Positions 36,352 through 49,577 of a stretch of 64,000 bases of DNA are shown piece after piece. Numbering within the stretch: position 1 is the stretch's first letter; every line of letters starts with the position of its first letter. The stretch spans positions 1 to 64,000 of the forward strand of contig DF237134.1 of NCBI GenBank assembly GCA_000708835.1, given 5' to 3'. The notes beneath the pieces were generated by a model. That model did no database searches. It was not told where the DNA came from and saw nothing but the letters and a program-made list of their open reading frames with translations. Made by a program: the position numbers and the translations under genes. The stretch is from Klebsormidium nitens. Taxonomy: Eukaryota > Plantae > Klebsormidiophyceae.

Positions 36352-37438
36352 TGCCTGCAGCTATACGAGAGTCAAAACGTCACTTCAATCAATTTTGGAG
36401 CTTAGGCTCAAAGCTCACCTTGAACAAGTACTATGTGAGTATATGTCAGAGCTTTGCGCGAAGAATAGCACTCATCTGACATGCCAGCTTTATTAGGATT
36501 GTAAACAGATCATGGATTAAAATAGCGTCCTACTGGTGAGGTCTTACAACAAGAGTGTGACGGTCTGACCAGTTTACTATGTGCTGCGGGCCTTATCAAA
36601 CACAGATGAACTTGGAACTTTAAACAGATTGAGCTTGTAAAAATGTCTATGGTACCTTGGGCACGTCAACCGGACCACCTCTTTTACGTGGTACCCAAAC
36701 GGGACATGCTCACCAGAGATTCGATCAAGCATGATGACGATATGCAAGGCCGAGTATATTCGTTCACCACCGTGGATATTCGAAGCTAGGCGAGCGCGAC
36801 CTAGCTGGACCGTTCGTTTGGATACATATGCCTGATATCTTAACCACGCTTTTTCAAGAACCATCGACTGCAAGCATGCAATCCAGGTGCAATCGGACCA
36901 AAAAAAAACAGTCGGACAAAACGTCACTGCCGCGGATACATCTCGGCGGCCTTGCATGGAAGAGACCGTCTGAAATGCTGAAACTTATTAACCCACTGGT
37001 CAGGGATGATCATAACTAAAATGTCCCCCTTTCAAGATGCCAATTTCCAGTCAGATCTAGGCGCTTGTATACAGAAGCGATTCTGTTACTGTACATCGTC
37101 ACAAAGGACATCCATATATGATGGCTCTCGATTGCACGACAACCGTCACGGCAAGAAAGACAGGTATGAACTTCACTGACTCCGTGTAATGGCTCAAGAC
37201 ACAAACATATGGCTGTCTCAGACCTACACGAATACTCTGACAACACGATCCTCAATTGTTCAGAGGCAAAACTGCTGAGTAGCTCCCTTCCGAGTTGGCG
37301 CTTGGATCCAAGCAAATGTAAAGCACGCCTACTGCGAGCTTGTTACCAGTTTGGCTTTCAGATCCAAGCAATACCTGACAAGCGGGCGGCCTCAAGCCCT
37401 GAATCTCATCGACTCCAGCAGCCGTTGCAGTGACCTAC

Positions 37439-40400
37439 CTAACCCTGCGGTAACCCACCTATTTCGACAACGGTTCCAGTGTCATCGCTTAAGCCTTTCC
37501 CGTTTGTGCAGCGACTTCGGCTGCGAAGTCGACGGACTTCTTCTCGATCCCCTGCACACAAGTATAAAGCGATGCTTGAGTATAACTAAACTCTGCAGCC
37601 TAGAAGAACCCTTGTACCTTCACGTAGATCCAAACGCGCCCCGCAAAGCTTTCCTGAGCTGTATTCAACTATTCATGTCCCCACCCACAAAGCGCCTCAT
37701 CATAAACCGCAAACACAGTCATCAAGGCTCCACACCCTGCTTCTCTTTCGCGCATGGCAAACCAAACCACCCCGACAGACACCGCTTGCAAACGAACCCC
37801 CTGCAAAAGGAAAACCCCTGCAAACGCCAGCTCACCTCCCCAAGGTTGAATCGCACGAACCGCCGCACTTGGATGTTCTCCCCAATCGTCGCGACCGCCG
37901 CCTGGATCACATCCCGCAGCTTCTGCTTGTCGTCCCGGATGTACGGCTGCTCCAGCAGCGCCAGCTCGTTCACGCGCTTGGCCATCCGGCCGTCCACGAT
38001 CTTCTCCCGGATCGCCTCCGGCTTGCTCGCCAGGTCCTCCTTGCCCAACTCGATCTCGCGCTCCTTGGCGACAATCTCGGCGGGGACGTCGTCCGGGGAG
38101 ACGACCGTCACCTGCAGTGATGCGCGATGCCTTGCCATTAGAAACTCGACGGCTGATGTTGACAGTCCAAATGCAAACTCAACGTTGCCCGTTCCCTTTC
38201 CGCCGAATGAGGGAGATCAAATTTTGTGTTTTGAAACCACGCCGATGGACAACGCTCGTAAACCTTTGCGCAACAGGAACGAGGACGTGATACAAGAGTA
38301 CATACGGCCGGAACACTTCTTGGACACCAAGCAGCGTCTGCTGCTACGACACACTTTCGTTCTTTTAACGAACACAGCTCGCGTGTGCCCTCCAAATGCA
38401 GACGGTTGGAGTATGCGGCTGAACCACTGCGTGTGCCATTGTAATCCGAACAGTTGGGAATCGTCGCAAACTTCACTGACTGTGCCCGTCAAGTTTGGAC
38501 GATAGGAACCTTTCGCCTAGGTCATTGCTTTGTCGTCCTCACCTGTGGGCACGCGGCCACCTGCATCGCGACGTCCTCCAGCAGCTCCTTGAACTTGTCC
38601 CCCCGCGCCACGAAGTCCGTCTCGCAGTTCACCTCCACCAGCACCCCGATCCGCCCGTCGTGGATGTAGCTCCCGATCGCGCCCTCCGCCGCGAGCCGGC
38701 TGCTCTTCTTCTCCGCGCTCGCGAGGCCCTTCTTCCGCAGCAGCTCGCGCGCCTTCTCCACGTCGTTGTCGCACTCCGCGAGCGCCTTCTTGCAGTCCAT
38801 CATGCCCGCGCCGGTCTCCGCCCGGAGCTCCTTCACCGCCGAGGCCGAGACCGCTACCGCCGGCTTCGCTTCCGCGGGTGCTTCTTCCTTCTTCTCCTCC
38901 GCTGCCGGCGCGGGCGCCGGCGCGGCCTCCTTCTTCTGCGTCTGCTCCGCGACCTCCGCGGCCAGGTTGCTCGTCTTCTTGGTCAGCCCCTCGCCCAGAT
39001 TATAGCGCTCAAAGCGCCGGATCTGGATGTTCTCGCCGATCTTGGCGACCGTCGCCTTGATCAGGTCCTTGACCTTGAGCTTGTCGTCCTTGATGAACGG
39101 CTGCTCCAGGAGCGCCAGCTCGCCCAGCCGCTTGTTGATGCGGCCGTCGACCATCTTCTCCCGGATCGCCTCCGGCTTGCTCGCCAGGTCCTCCTTGCCG
39201 GCCTCGATCTCGCGCTCCTTGGCGACCACGTCAGCAGGGACCTCGTCCACCGACACGAACTCAACCTGCGGCAGAGATATGAGACGCCCGTTTAAAATTG
39301 ACACTGTGCCAAATCAGGCCTGGTCAGTGCAGTGTACTACCTGTTTTCTGGGCAGCTTTGCAACTGCCTACCCCGCTCAGTTACTGCTTTGACGAAACAG
39401 ACGTTTGGAGAGTGTGCGATTGCAAGAGAGGTGTTGATTCTCCGCCAGCCAAACCTGTGAATTTGAGCCGAACCCAGTTGGGAATCCCGCACACCAACTT
39501 ACAGACGCGCAAATTGCTCGATCAGAAAGCGGTAGATCAGGGAACCGTGACCAGAAAGTTCTATGATATCTCACCTGCGGGCATGCGGCAACCTGCATGG
39601 CCAGGTCCTCCAGCAGCTCCTTGAACGTGTCCCCCCGGGACACGAAGTCCGTCTCGCAGTTGAGCTCCAGTAGCACGCCGATACGCGAGTCGTGGATGTA
39701 GCTTCCAATTGCGCCCTCCGCTGCAACGCGCGCCGACTTCTTGTCGGCGCTGGCGAGCCCCTTCTTGCGCAGGATGTCGCGGGCCTGGTCGATGTCGCCG
39801 TTGGCCTCCGCGAGCGCCTTTTTGCAGTCCATCATGCCGGAGCCCGTCTCCTCGCGCAGGGCCTTCACCAGTACGGCGGAGATGCCACCTGTGAAGTGGG
39901 AATATGGGAATGAGAAAGAGATCCGACGAGCGTCGGGAGCGATCATGCTGTGATTGAGTTTGCGCCCACCTCATTGAAAAGCTCTACTTGCCACGGTCGG
40001 AATTCGATGCAGGACCATACGGCCAGGAAAGCGTATAAAAGTGACGGCGATTATCTGCCGACCTGATAAAGCAAACGACCACATCTCTACCCGCTTCCAC
40101 AATGTATCGTTGTCGACTCTGAGAAGGTTGTCCGGCTCAAATATCGGACTGTCAGTTTGGAGGCAGCAATGGATGCTTCGGAATGTGCTCTCAGAACCCC
40201 AAGAGCTGAGAGACAAAAGAGTTCTCACAGCGACAAAAAGGATCACCAAGAACGGTTCAATGTGGGGAGTAAGGAAGCGTAAGCAAAACCAGGATTTGCC
40301 ACGCCCTTTTGGACTCCCCTTGCAAAGTGTTTAGAGTACGGATCTAAAACAACCACCAGATTTACAGCAGTTTCAGAACAGCTTTCCAAGATGCCCAAGG

Positions 40401-43400
40401 CTGACTGCCAGCACACGCAAGTGCTCGTTTCAGCCCGTAAGCACACGAAGCCGTATCGAGTACGTAAGCACGACTTCAAACATCTCGAACTTTCTCAAGT
40501 CTTACTTCCGACCAATCGAGCAGGGACTGAAATGAGGAAGACGTTGCCAGCACAAGCGTCCTGCAAAAGGGCTCAAACCCCTCACCTGCCTCCTTGGGCT
40601 TCTCTTCTTTGGCCGCCGGCGCCTCCTCCGTTGCTGACGTCACCTGGTCCACCACCCCCGTCACCGCAGCTACCCCTGCGTCCGCCGCCTCCTTCACCTG
40701 CTCCGCCAGCGAGGGCGCGTCCTCCTTGGCCGCCTCGACAGCTGGCGCCGCCTCCTTGGTCTCCTCCGCCGCCGGCGCAACGGCATCCTTCACGCTCTCT
40801 ATAACTTCCTCCACCTTCTCAACCACGGGCTCGGCCGCCTCTTTCACGCTGTCAACCACGTTCTCAACTGCCTCGGCAACCGGTCCCACGACATCGCCGA
40901 TCCCCCCAGTCTGGATCGCCCCAAGCTGGTCCCCAACGTTGTCTGACGCCCCGGTGACGGTCTCCTTCGCCTCCTCTACGGCCGGCTCGACTTTCTCAGC
41001 CACGGGCTCTACCGCCTCGGTAACGGTCTCCTTGGCGTTTTCTACCAAGGGCTCCGCTTTCTCGCCCACGGTATCCGCAGCATTGGTAACAGTCTCCTTA
41101 ACCTCTTCCACTATGGGCTCGACCTTCTCAGCCACAGGCTCGGCAACCTCCTCAACTTTCTCGATCACGGGCTCGGCAACCTCCTTGACCTTCTCGATCA
41201 CGGGCTCCGCCACTTCCTCGACTTTCTCAGCTACCGGCTCTACAACTTCCTCAACCTTCTCGATCACGGGTTCAGCGGCTTCCTTGACTTTCTCGGCAAC
41301 CGGCTCTACGACTTCCTCGACCTTCTCGATCACGGGCTCCGCCGCTTCCTCGACTTTCTCGGCAACGGGCTCCACAACTTCCTCGACCTTCTCGATCACG
41401 GGTTCAGCCGCTTCCTTGACCTTTTCGGCTGCCGGCTCTACGACCTCCTCGACTTTCTCGGCGACCGGCTCTACGACTTCCTCGACCTTCTCCGCAACCG
41501 GCTCGGCCACTTCTTCGGCCTTCTCGACCACGGGCTTTGCAACATCCGCGACTTCGTCAGCAATGGGCTCGACGCCCTCGGTCACGGCTTGTGCGGCGTC
41601 TTTGGCGTCATCAACGACATCCTCGACGGTCTCCTGGACGGCTTCAGCGGCGCCCGCGTTGGATGAGTCGTCGGCATCGGCCTCCTCGGGCTTCTCGGCG
41701 GCCGGGGCGGGAGCGTCGTCAACCTTCTTGCCTGAGAAAAGGCCAGCCTCTGCAAATGAGGAAGAGAGTGGTCAGGTTGGATAATAAGTGAGGGGAAATA
41801 GGAACGGAAAATGTGAGCTGCTCCCACGGAGGCTGTCAATCGAATCGCTACAAACGAAACCGCAGGGTCGTGAAGGAGGGGGTGAATTCTGACGACCTAG
41901 CTGAAACAAGCTTCCACAGAAGTGCAGACTTACAGAAGTGCAGACTTCCAGAGGAACGTCGTCCTTCTGTCCGCACTAATGTACACAACACTGGCACGCA
42001 GCAAAACATGTGCAAAAAGGACAAGTCCTTACTGCGACGACCTCAGAGCACAATCAATGTCCTCGAAACGTTTCACAAAGTTAGTGCACAGCCCTACGCT
42101 TGAGAAGATCGACAATATAACAACGTGCTGACTGTCAAACAACCTAAATGTGCTTAACAGCCACAAACAACAGATGATCACACTACTCTGCTTTTGATAC
42201 CACTCACTCTGGATCTCCTGGGTCTCCGTCTTGATCTCATCGCTAGCGGCAGCCACAGGCTCGGGCTTCTTCGTCTTCGCGAGCTCCTCGGCACCTGGGA
42301 GCTTGTCCAAAACCAGGTTCGACTTCTTGAAGGCGGCCTCGAAGGGGTTCGTGATGCCGTCTGTGCCGAACTCAGCCCCCTGGTTGAGCTTCACGTTGAT
42401 GTCATCCGTCTGCAGGATACACGGGCCAAAGTCAATCGCGTGTATTTGTCAAAAGCCAAGTGTTCCGATCAAGAGGCCCGATATTTGTGATCTGACAAAG
42501 CCGTACTCATTTCGAATACTTCAGAAGTATGCAACCGACCATGTGCACCAAGGTAATGCTCCAAAACAGTGCCGTCACAAGCAGAGGCGCAGAGTGCTTC
42601 CCTTTCTGTCACTTCGAGTTTAGCAGGTTGAGACTGGGAAGTAAGTGCTCACATCGACTCTCTCCTTGGTAGTCAGGCTGATGCGGTCTTTCTGCAACAA
42701 CAAAAGGATGGGTGGATGTCAGGAATACCGTTATCCCCTTCCGCGAGTCAGGAGAAAGTGCACGACGAATCATCGGCAGGAGGGACACAGCAACGTGGAT
42801 AGAGAACTGGCCCCCTCCCAGCAGAGCTCCAAAGCAGCTGAGACGCCAAAGAACAAACCGAGCTTACCGTGACAGACAGGACGGTGACGTTCACTTTTTG
42901 ACCCATTTCGAGGTGCTCAGCAACCTCTACCCGCTCGCTTCCTGCAAAATCCAACAGCTCCAGTGAATCTCAAGGGGCTTCCCATACGAATCTGTCAAAT
43001 TGAGGACTAGGGGGAACAATTTTCTGCCCCTACAGCTTGCCGTGCAGATTGGGAAGCTTTGCTAGCACAGAAAAGATTCACCCCCCTGGACAAACCTTCC
43101 TCTAACTGGCTGATATGAAGCTGCATTACTTCTTGTAAGCAGCTCTTTAAAAAAGGCAGTTAATGGGGACCGTCGGAAAACAGGACGCTTACCCTCTCCA
43201 ATCTCGCTAGCATGGAGCAGTCCCTCGACCCCATCCTTCAGCTCCAAGAAGGCCCCGAAGGGGGCGATGCTGGTCACAGTGCCCTCAAACTTCTGCAGAG
43301 GGAAAGGATGGAAGCGACCTTTAAAATGGTAGTGCAGAATGTCAAGTGACAAAAGTCAAAAACAAAGAGAGAAGCTACAACCACTGCAATACATTTGCCT

Positions 43401-45129
43401 CTTCAGCTTACACTGGTGGCGTCGGTAGTGTTCAGCATTTCATCAGCGGGATACAAGGGGAGGGGCGTCTCCCCCCTACCAACACAGAATGCTGTCAATA
43501 TGACCGCAACTATCCAACACCTAAGCAATGCGCCCAGAAACCCCACCTGTCCCTTCCTGATGCCGTGGCTAGGCTTGTCAGAGCCTCCCCTCCCCCCAGC
43601 CACCGCTCTCCGGGGCCTCTGGTCGCCGCCACGCTGCGGGCGCGGTCCGGCCCCCCTCTCGGCACGAGGTGCTCCAGCCCCCTCCGCTGGCTCAGGCCGC
43701 TCTTCCCGGGGGGTCCTCATGCTGAGCGAAATGCGCCCCTTGGCGACATCGACCTCCAAGATGCGTGCCTGGACTTCTTGCCCGGCCTCAACCAGATCCC
43801 CGACGTTCTCAACGAATTGGTCCTGCATTCAGGAAAGCAAGCTCGAGTGAGAGTGGGTCAGAAGGCTTGTGCCTTTGATGAGTGTCACTGAGGAGCTCTT
43901 CCCTGGACAAGCAAGGGGCTCGCTGAAGATGTTCCTCTTTTGAAATGAAATCCTGCCTTCCATTGAATAACGCACATACGAGAAGTCCATTCCACTCCAC
44001 ACCCATCGTCCCTTGTTCATTGTCTGGTCTCTTAAAAAGGAGCCAGCAGAATCACTTGATGCAAAGAATGTCAGTCCTCAGTTCCTAATATGATGCATCT
44101 TCGTATGGCAGCAGGCTTCCCACCATGCTGCAATGTCGCTACAATTCAGTACTAACACGATATTTGAAGCCGGTCGTGTGAACTTACCGCAAGCTCGGAG
44201 ATGTGAATGAGGCCGTCGGTGAAGGCACCAATGTCCACAAAGCAGCCATAGCTCTGAATAGACCTCTGCACAAGCAAGACCAAAAAGAGAGTCAAAGATC
44301 CCTCCTGCTTCTAGGAGATAGGCCAACTGTTTGAGCCCTGAAGTCGATGTAGAGGAGTCCTTCCTAAAACCTACGAGCCTTAAAAAGGCGCTGAAAGGCC
44401 AGCCTAGTATCAGATATATCCTGCCCCTGCCAAGATGCCATGGTAATCCTTTAATCTTTGGTGGTCTGCTTGACCAAAACTGATTGTAATGTCCAGCAAA
44501 TGAGACTTGTAGCCTCTATTGCAACAGCAATGACAACTTCGCGTCAGTGGCTAAGCGTGACTCTTGTCAAGGTGCATCCTATGTGACCCTTGTCTCAAGT
44601 TCCCTTACCCACTGAAAAAGCAGGCGGCCAGCAGAATAACATCCTTTCAGAGACCATATATAGATTTGTCCTTCCTCCCGATTCCTTCACTTCAGGCCAC
44701 CCATGGTGCCACCCAGCTGCGCTACAGACCCCTCACCACTTTTCCAGGCACTGTTTGCCCCGGTTGCAAGTCCTCGATCTTCACGGTGATCTTCCTCCTG
44801 TTCTTGAAGGGCCTCCTGGCCGCCGGCTTGGCCTCTCCGCCCTCTGCATCGGGAGCGGCTGGCTCCGGTGCAGCATCTGCATCTTCCTCTGCCACAATCT
44901 CGTCCTCCGCAGTGGCTTCCTCAACAACAGTCTCTCCCTCAGCAACAGTGGCTGACACACTCGTGGTGAATGACCTGCCACTCCTTGAGAAGGGAGAGCC
45001 AGATGACAGGCGGACGCCGGACAGAAGCTTGACGCTTGGTCTGCAGGGCCTGGAAAGGGGAGCCAAAGCTGAGCAAGCAATGTGCAGCAACCGCCAAAGG
45101 CACGCACGTTCTGCAGTGCTCCATTGCAA
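37439..45129 (-). CDS. EMB2726: Plastid polyprotein PETs: transit peptide + 2 S1 domains (PSRP-7) + acidic repeat linker + 2 EF-Ts modules; first exon unresolved (45.1-45.9 kb)
   Basis: S1 motifs [25 protein letters not shown] and [17 protein letters not shown]...GLLHASEI. Two EF-Ts modules with [29 protein letters not shown], and ENIQ.RRF.R.NLGE. Last micro-exon (G*, 37444-37439) is tentative. Confidence 0.93.
41109..41570 (-). repeat. Coding 33-bp (11-aa) tandem repeat, ~13-14 units, EPV[A/I]EKV[E/K]E[V/A][V/A]
   Basis: Read directly from ORF 40476-41585, inside the PETs linker exon 41731-40587. Confidence 0.95.
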
Positions 45130-46943
45130 CTGAGAAGGAGCACCGGAAAAGCACGTGAGACGCTGCATTCTCCAAAGTGCAAGTTTCCGATACTAACCCT
45201 ATGTGCTGCTGAAAGGGCTCTATGCAAGTTGCAGTGACTCTATAAGCAAGGTGCAATGCTGCCAGCAAGGTGCACAATCTGCCACAAAGCAAAGAAGGGC
45301 GTAGCGGTTCCCTGTTGACCGATCCAATACTTCTGAATTGCACAATCACTATTTAAGCGAACAAGAGACAACGGTTGCAATGCAGAATACGACCAATATC
45401 CTGAAAAGCAAAGAGCATAATGGAAGACTTCCTTCTCAAGCTACTTGGAAGCCAGGACACCGCCAGTCCCTGTGAAACTAGCTTAAAGCACTCCAATGAG
45501 ACAACCATTACCATCATTTTCCTAAACAACGACCGTACCTCTGCTGCTGTAAACAAGGATCCTCTATTAGTGGATTCTGAACGCTGAAAAGTTCAGCACT
45601 CTCAAAGCAGCAAGAGCAAGCACCAAAACGACCCTCTTACTCCTCAACAAGACAGCTAAGTAAAACCATATGAAAATGTAGTGTCTTTCTGCTCTCAACC
45701 CGTACAATAAACCAGGGTTGTCATAGTTGCATTGATGTTAACAGACAGTCACAACAGCAACAGCGCAAGGGTTTTATCAAAGAGCTCACCGGAGGAGCTG
45801 GCACTTTGAGAGCGCAGCCGGCTTGGGAATTCTCTGTCTGGCTGATACCTGTTGCGAGAAAAGCATGTCAGCAGAAGGCCGCTGAGCCAATCCAGATATC
45901 ACACAACAGGAACACAAGAAGCACCCACAAGAGAATGCCCTTCTTTGTGTCTGGAATTCTCATCATCGATGCGAGACAGCATCTCCCGGCACAGTGTTTT
46001 CCCTGTCCGTTCAACCCATGCCAGAGAATACCACCATTGCTGATGTGCACGCAGAGAAAGGCTCCTTACGTTGCTGTGAGCTTGGGCAGAGCACAAGGAC
46101 ACACAAGCGTGAGTCACCCCAGACACCGTAGTGACCGACGCCATCTTCTAATATATCTTCCGCAAACCCTCGTCAACAATGCTGCCGGTGGTGTGCACCG
46201 GGGGCCTCGAGGCACCCCACTTAGCGTAGAGAGAGGCTGGAGAGCAGCCCTAGAGCTACTTTGCTCGCCCTGTTCCCTCCCTCCGCATTTCCTTCTGACG
46301 GTCCTGAGGGCGAGGCAGCAGGCTGTGGTTTTGTGCTACAAGAACCCAAGTTTGGAGCTCGTGTTGGCAATCTCCTGACCACAAACGTTGCCCCCAAGGG
46401 GAAACGGCCATGGTCATCTAATGGACCGCATTCCCAGATTTTGTACGCAAATCCTGCGGATGGTCCCATAACCATGCCGTCATAGAAAAGAATGATGATC
46501 GGTAATATACAGTGCTAAATTACTTCTAGAGAGGGTTGTATCTATACATGAAGAGGAATCAAGCTGTGAAAACTGAACGCTTATATTCTCACGTACACGG
46601 CAGTATAGCTGCTATCTTTTGACCCTAATATAAGCGGCTTGTGCTGCTTAAATCAGCTCCTTGGCTCATAGACGCTTGACGTCATATACCGTACCTGTTG
46701 CGATTCCAGGCTCTGGAGTAGAACAGTGCCAGCACAGAGCAGCGCCATTTGCAGCGCAACAGTTCAGCATTCAGTTCTTCTCGATCAGACTTCTGCCATC
46801 CACTGTCAGGCATTCAGAAACTCCACACGCAAGTTGAAACTCACCACCCCTCAATTTCTGGGTTTGTGGCTTTTCCAATCACCTGGACCTCTATATATTG
46901 TCGCACGGTGTCCGCGGCGGCATGCGACCGTGTTTAGACTAGC

Positions 46944-49577
46944 ATGGGTGGCAGAAAGCTGAAAGATGTCACAGAATATCACTTAAAAGGGCAGCCTGGG
47001 GAGGCAAATACGATTCGAGGTGAGATGCACTTTCACACAATTGCAATTGCCTAAAACGTGCTTGGTGTTTCTGCAATGCCACCTCTTCCCAGCCTCATGC
47101 CTTCGCTAGCGTCTTTCTGTTTTCTAACCTGCATATATAAGCTGCACTTGACAGTGAAGCTTTGAGAACCAAAAGGTCGATTTGCACGGGCTAAGCTTCA
47201 TCAGGGAACACTTGTCTTGAACTGTGCTTCCATTAAATATCCTGAGGTGGTGCAGCCACGCAGACCGCTGCGTATGATAATAAAGGCAATCTCTCGCTGC
47301 CGATGGTGACAAATAACACCGGCCTTTTAAGAACTCCTCAGCCTAATCAATGCTGACAACTCCAAACGCTCACTGACACGCCCGGTCGCTTCGCTGCAGT
47401 GGGCGACATCGTGCTAATAACACCAGTGGAGGGCAAGTTGCGGTACATTGGGAAACTGGAAAAGCTATTTCCAGATAGAACCACCGGGAAGATGAAAGTC
47501 AAGGTGCGGTGGTATTACAGGCCCCATGAAGCCAAGGGCGGCCGAAGGACGGTGAGTTCAAGTGGGCACCTGTAGCTTATGCGCTAGTCAGCAAGTCTGT
47601 CCAGTGCTCTGATCAAAGAAAACTTTCGTGCATGCCTCACAAGGTCAACGCAAGGCTTCGTGGTATCTTACTGGGCATTATAATGTAGAAGGGCGACTTC
47701 GATCTTGTAATACGGGTCCCGATGGAGACTTTCATTGAGAGCTCCCTGTAGGCAAAGGACCCATTTGGCCTCCAACATATTGACTAAGGAGCCAGATCAT
47801 TGTCTCAGATAAGTTGTGCAAGAGCCATTCTTGACTGCCCAGCTGCCAAGTTGTCATCCGATGGGGCAATTAAAGCATAATTTTCATCCGATTCGATGCT
47901 TCGGTGGGTTTAGGATTGTCATTGGGGCTCATTGTTCCCACTCAAAGTTCGTATGCTTTCCCCCTGACAAACTGCACAAGGGCTCCACGGCAGAAGCCCT
48001 TTCCGTTTTTACAATTGAGAAAACGAGATAATGCTCACCGGTCAAACGGTGTTCGAATTTGATGGAAATTGATGTTCACCCCCAACAAACCTCTTTGGTG
48101 GCCTGAATGTGAACGTCTTTGTTCGGTGGTCTTCCTCACATGTAGCAAGCCACAGTCTGAGTACTTTTCGCTTTTCGTACTTCTCTGACAACTTCCTTTT
48201 ATCATGCATCGTGATCGCTTACCAGCGTTGACCCTCGCCACTTTCTGCGAACTGCCTGCAGTCTCGCTCCATTCTAAAACACTTCGAGAGATTGTTCCAA
48301 AACATAATAGGAGATCTGCCGTTTTCAGTGGGCACTCTCGCAAGCTCCAAAAGCCAGGATAGATCGGCGAATTCTGAAGGACGAGTTTCAATTTATGCTG
48401 CAACATTTGGAAATTACTCGACTGGCAGGAAAGAAGACGGTGCTTTTGTGCGAACATGCGTGTCTCTCTGTAATGCAGTTCCATGGCAATGCGGAGCTGT
48501 TCTTGTCGGACCACTACGACGAAGTCTGGGCGGAGGCCATGGAGGGGAAATGCAAAGTGCACTCCTTTCGAAAATACACGGCATTGGACGACGCAGGGCC
48601 CAACGACTTCTACTGCCGCTTTGAGTATAAGCCACAGACCGGGGCGTTCGCCCCAGACAAAATCCCTGTGTAAGTCGCTTTTATTGGCATTATTCCTACG
48701 CTCCACCTTAAAAGCCCCTTCGGTCGGTTGCTCCAATATCAATTGGTCTAGCCAGAAACCAGCCATCGCTGCGTCTGATCTCCTGCTTCAAGCCCCTCTT
48801 TTTGTAGGTCTCTCCCTCGTGGGTGAATAGTTGTGAGACCAGCCCTGGACACAGAAAGCGATGCCTGTATATGCAGCCAAGTGCGAAGTCTCAGTTCGGA
48901 TTGCTCTGCACTCTGATGATTTCCGTGAGCTGACCACTCTCCGACCAATCTCGTCGCAGATATTGCATATGCGAGATGCCGTACAACCCAGACGACCCGA
49001 TGGTTCAGTGCGAAATGTGTAACGACTGGTGAGCCCCATGTCAATCTGTAAGTCGAGAGCGCGTGACTGACCAATGCAGCCGTGTCCGTCTTGCCACCTT
49101 TCTTAACCTCTCTGGTCTGCTCAAACCTGGCTGCCTCACCGACAAACGAAATGGAGCTGATTAGGACATCAGGCCGTTTGGAATGAAAAATTCCACTGCT
49201 AAGTAGCGCTGAACACGTTTTGGAGAAGGTTGACTACAGGATCTTCGTGGCGCAAGACTTGCAACAACAGTTGGGCTAACTGGACTGTATCGTCACAGGG
49301 CTATTGTGATAATAGGGCCACGGTCTTTGAATGTTGTGGGACTGAATCGACATTGGTCGATTCAGCGCCGCAGTCGCTCTGTTTAAAAGATCCGAAACGT
49401 GCAGCGCAGATGTGCAAAAGGAGTCCAGAACGTCACTGCGCCTCAATTTGAAACGAGTGGGTTTCTACGTGTAGGTATCACTTCAAGTGCCTGGGTCTAA
49501 CGAAAGCCGAGGTACGAAAGCTCGACCAGTTTTTCTGCGACGACTGTGGTCCGGGCCGGTCGCAAGTCACTGGTTAG
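46944..49577 (+). CDS. EBS: EBS/SHL-like BAH-PHD chromatin reader, 5 exons
   Basis: Exons 46944-47019, 47400-47551, 48479-48669, 48960-49028, 49475-49577. BAH motifs VGDIVL, KVRWYYRPHEAKGGRR, FHGNAELFLSDHYD, FYCRFEYK. PHD motif YCICEMPYNPDDPMVQCEMCNDWYHFKC...FFCDDC. EBS versus SHL cannot be resolved by eye. Confidence 0.9.

Noticed and set aside
37351-39295. Long plus-strand ORFs (384 aa and 266 aa)
   Set aside because: They are antisense to the highly conserved EF-Ts exons; GC-rich codon bias keeps the frames open.
40594-41784. 396-aa Ser/Thr-rich plus-strand ORF resembling a mucin
   Set aside because: It is the antisense shadow of the PETs repeat exon, whose minus-strand frame has proper splice sites.
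46261-46485. 74-aa ORF upstream of the EBS-like gene (possible uORF or small gene)
   Set aside because: No ATG start, no motif and no splice support.
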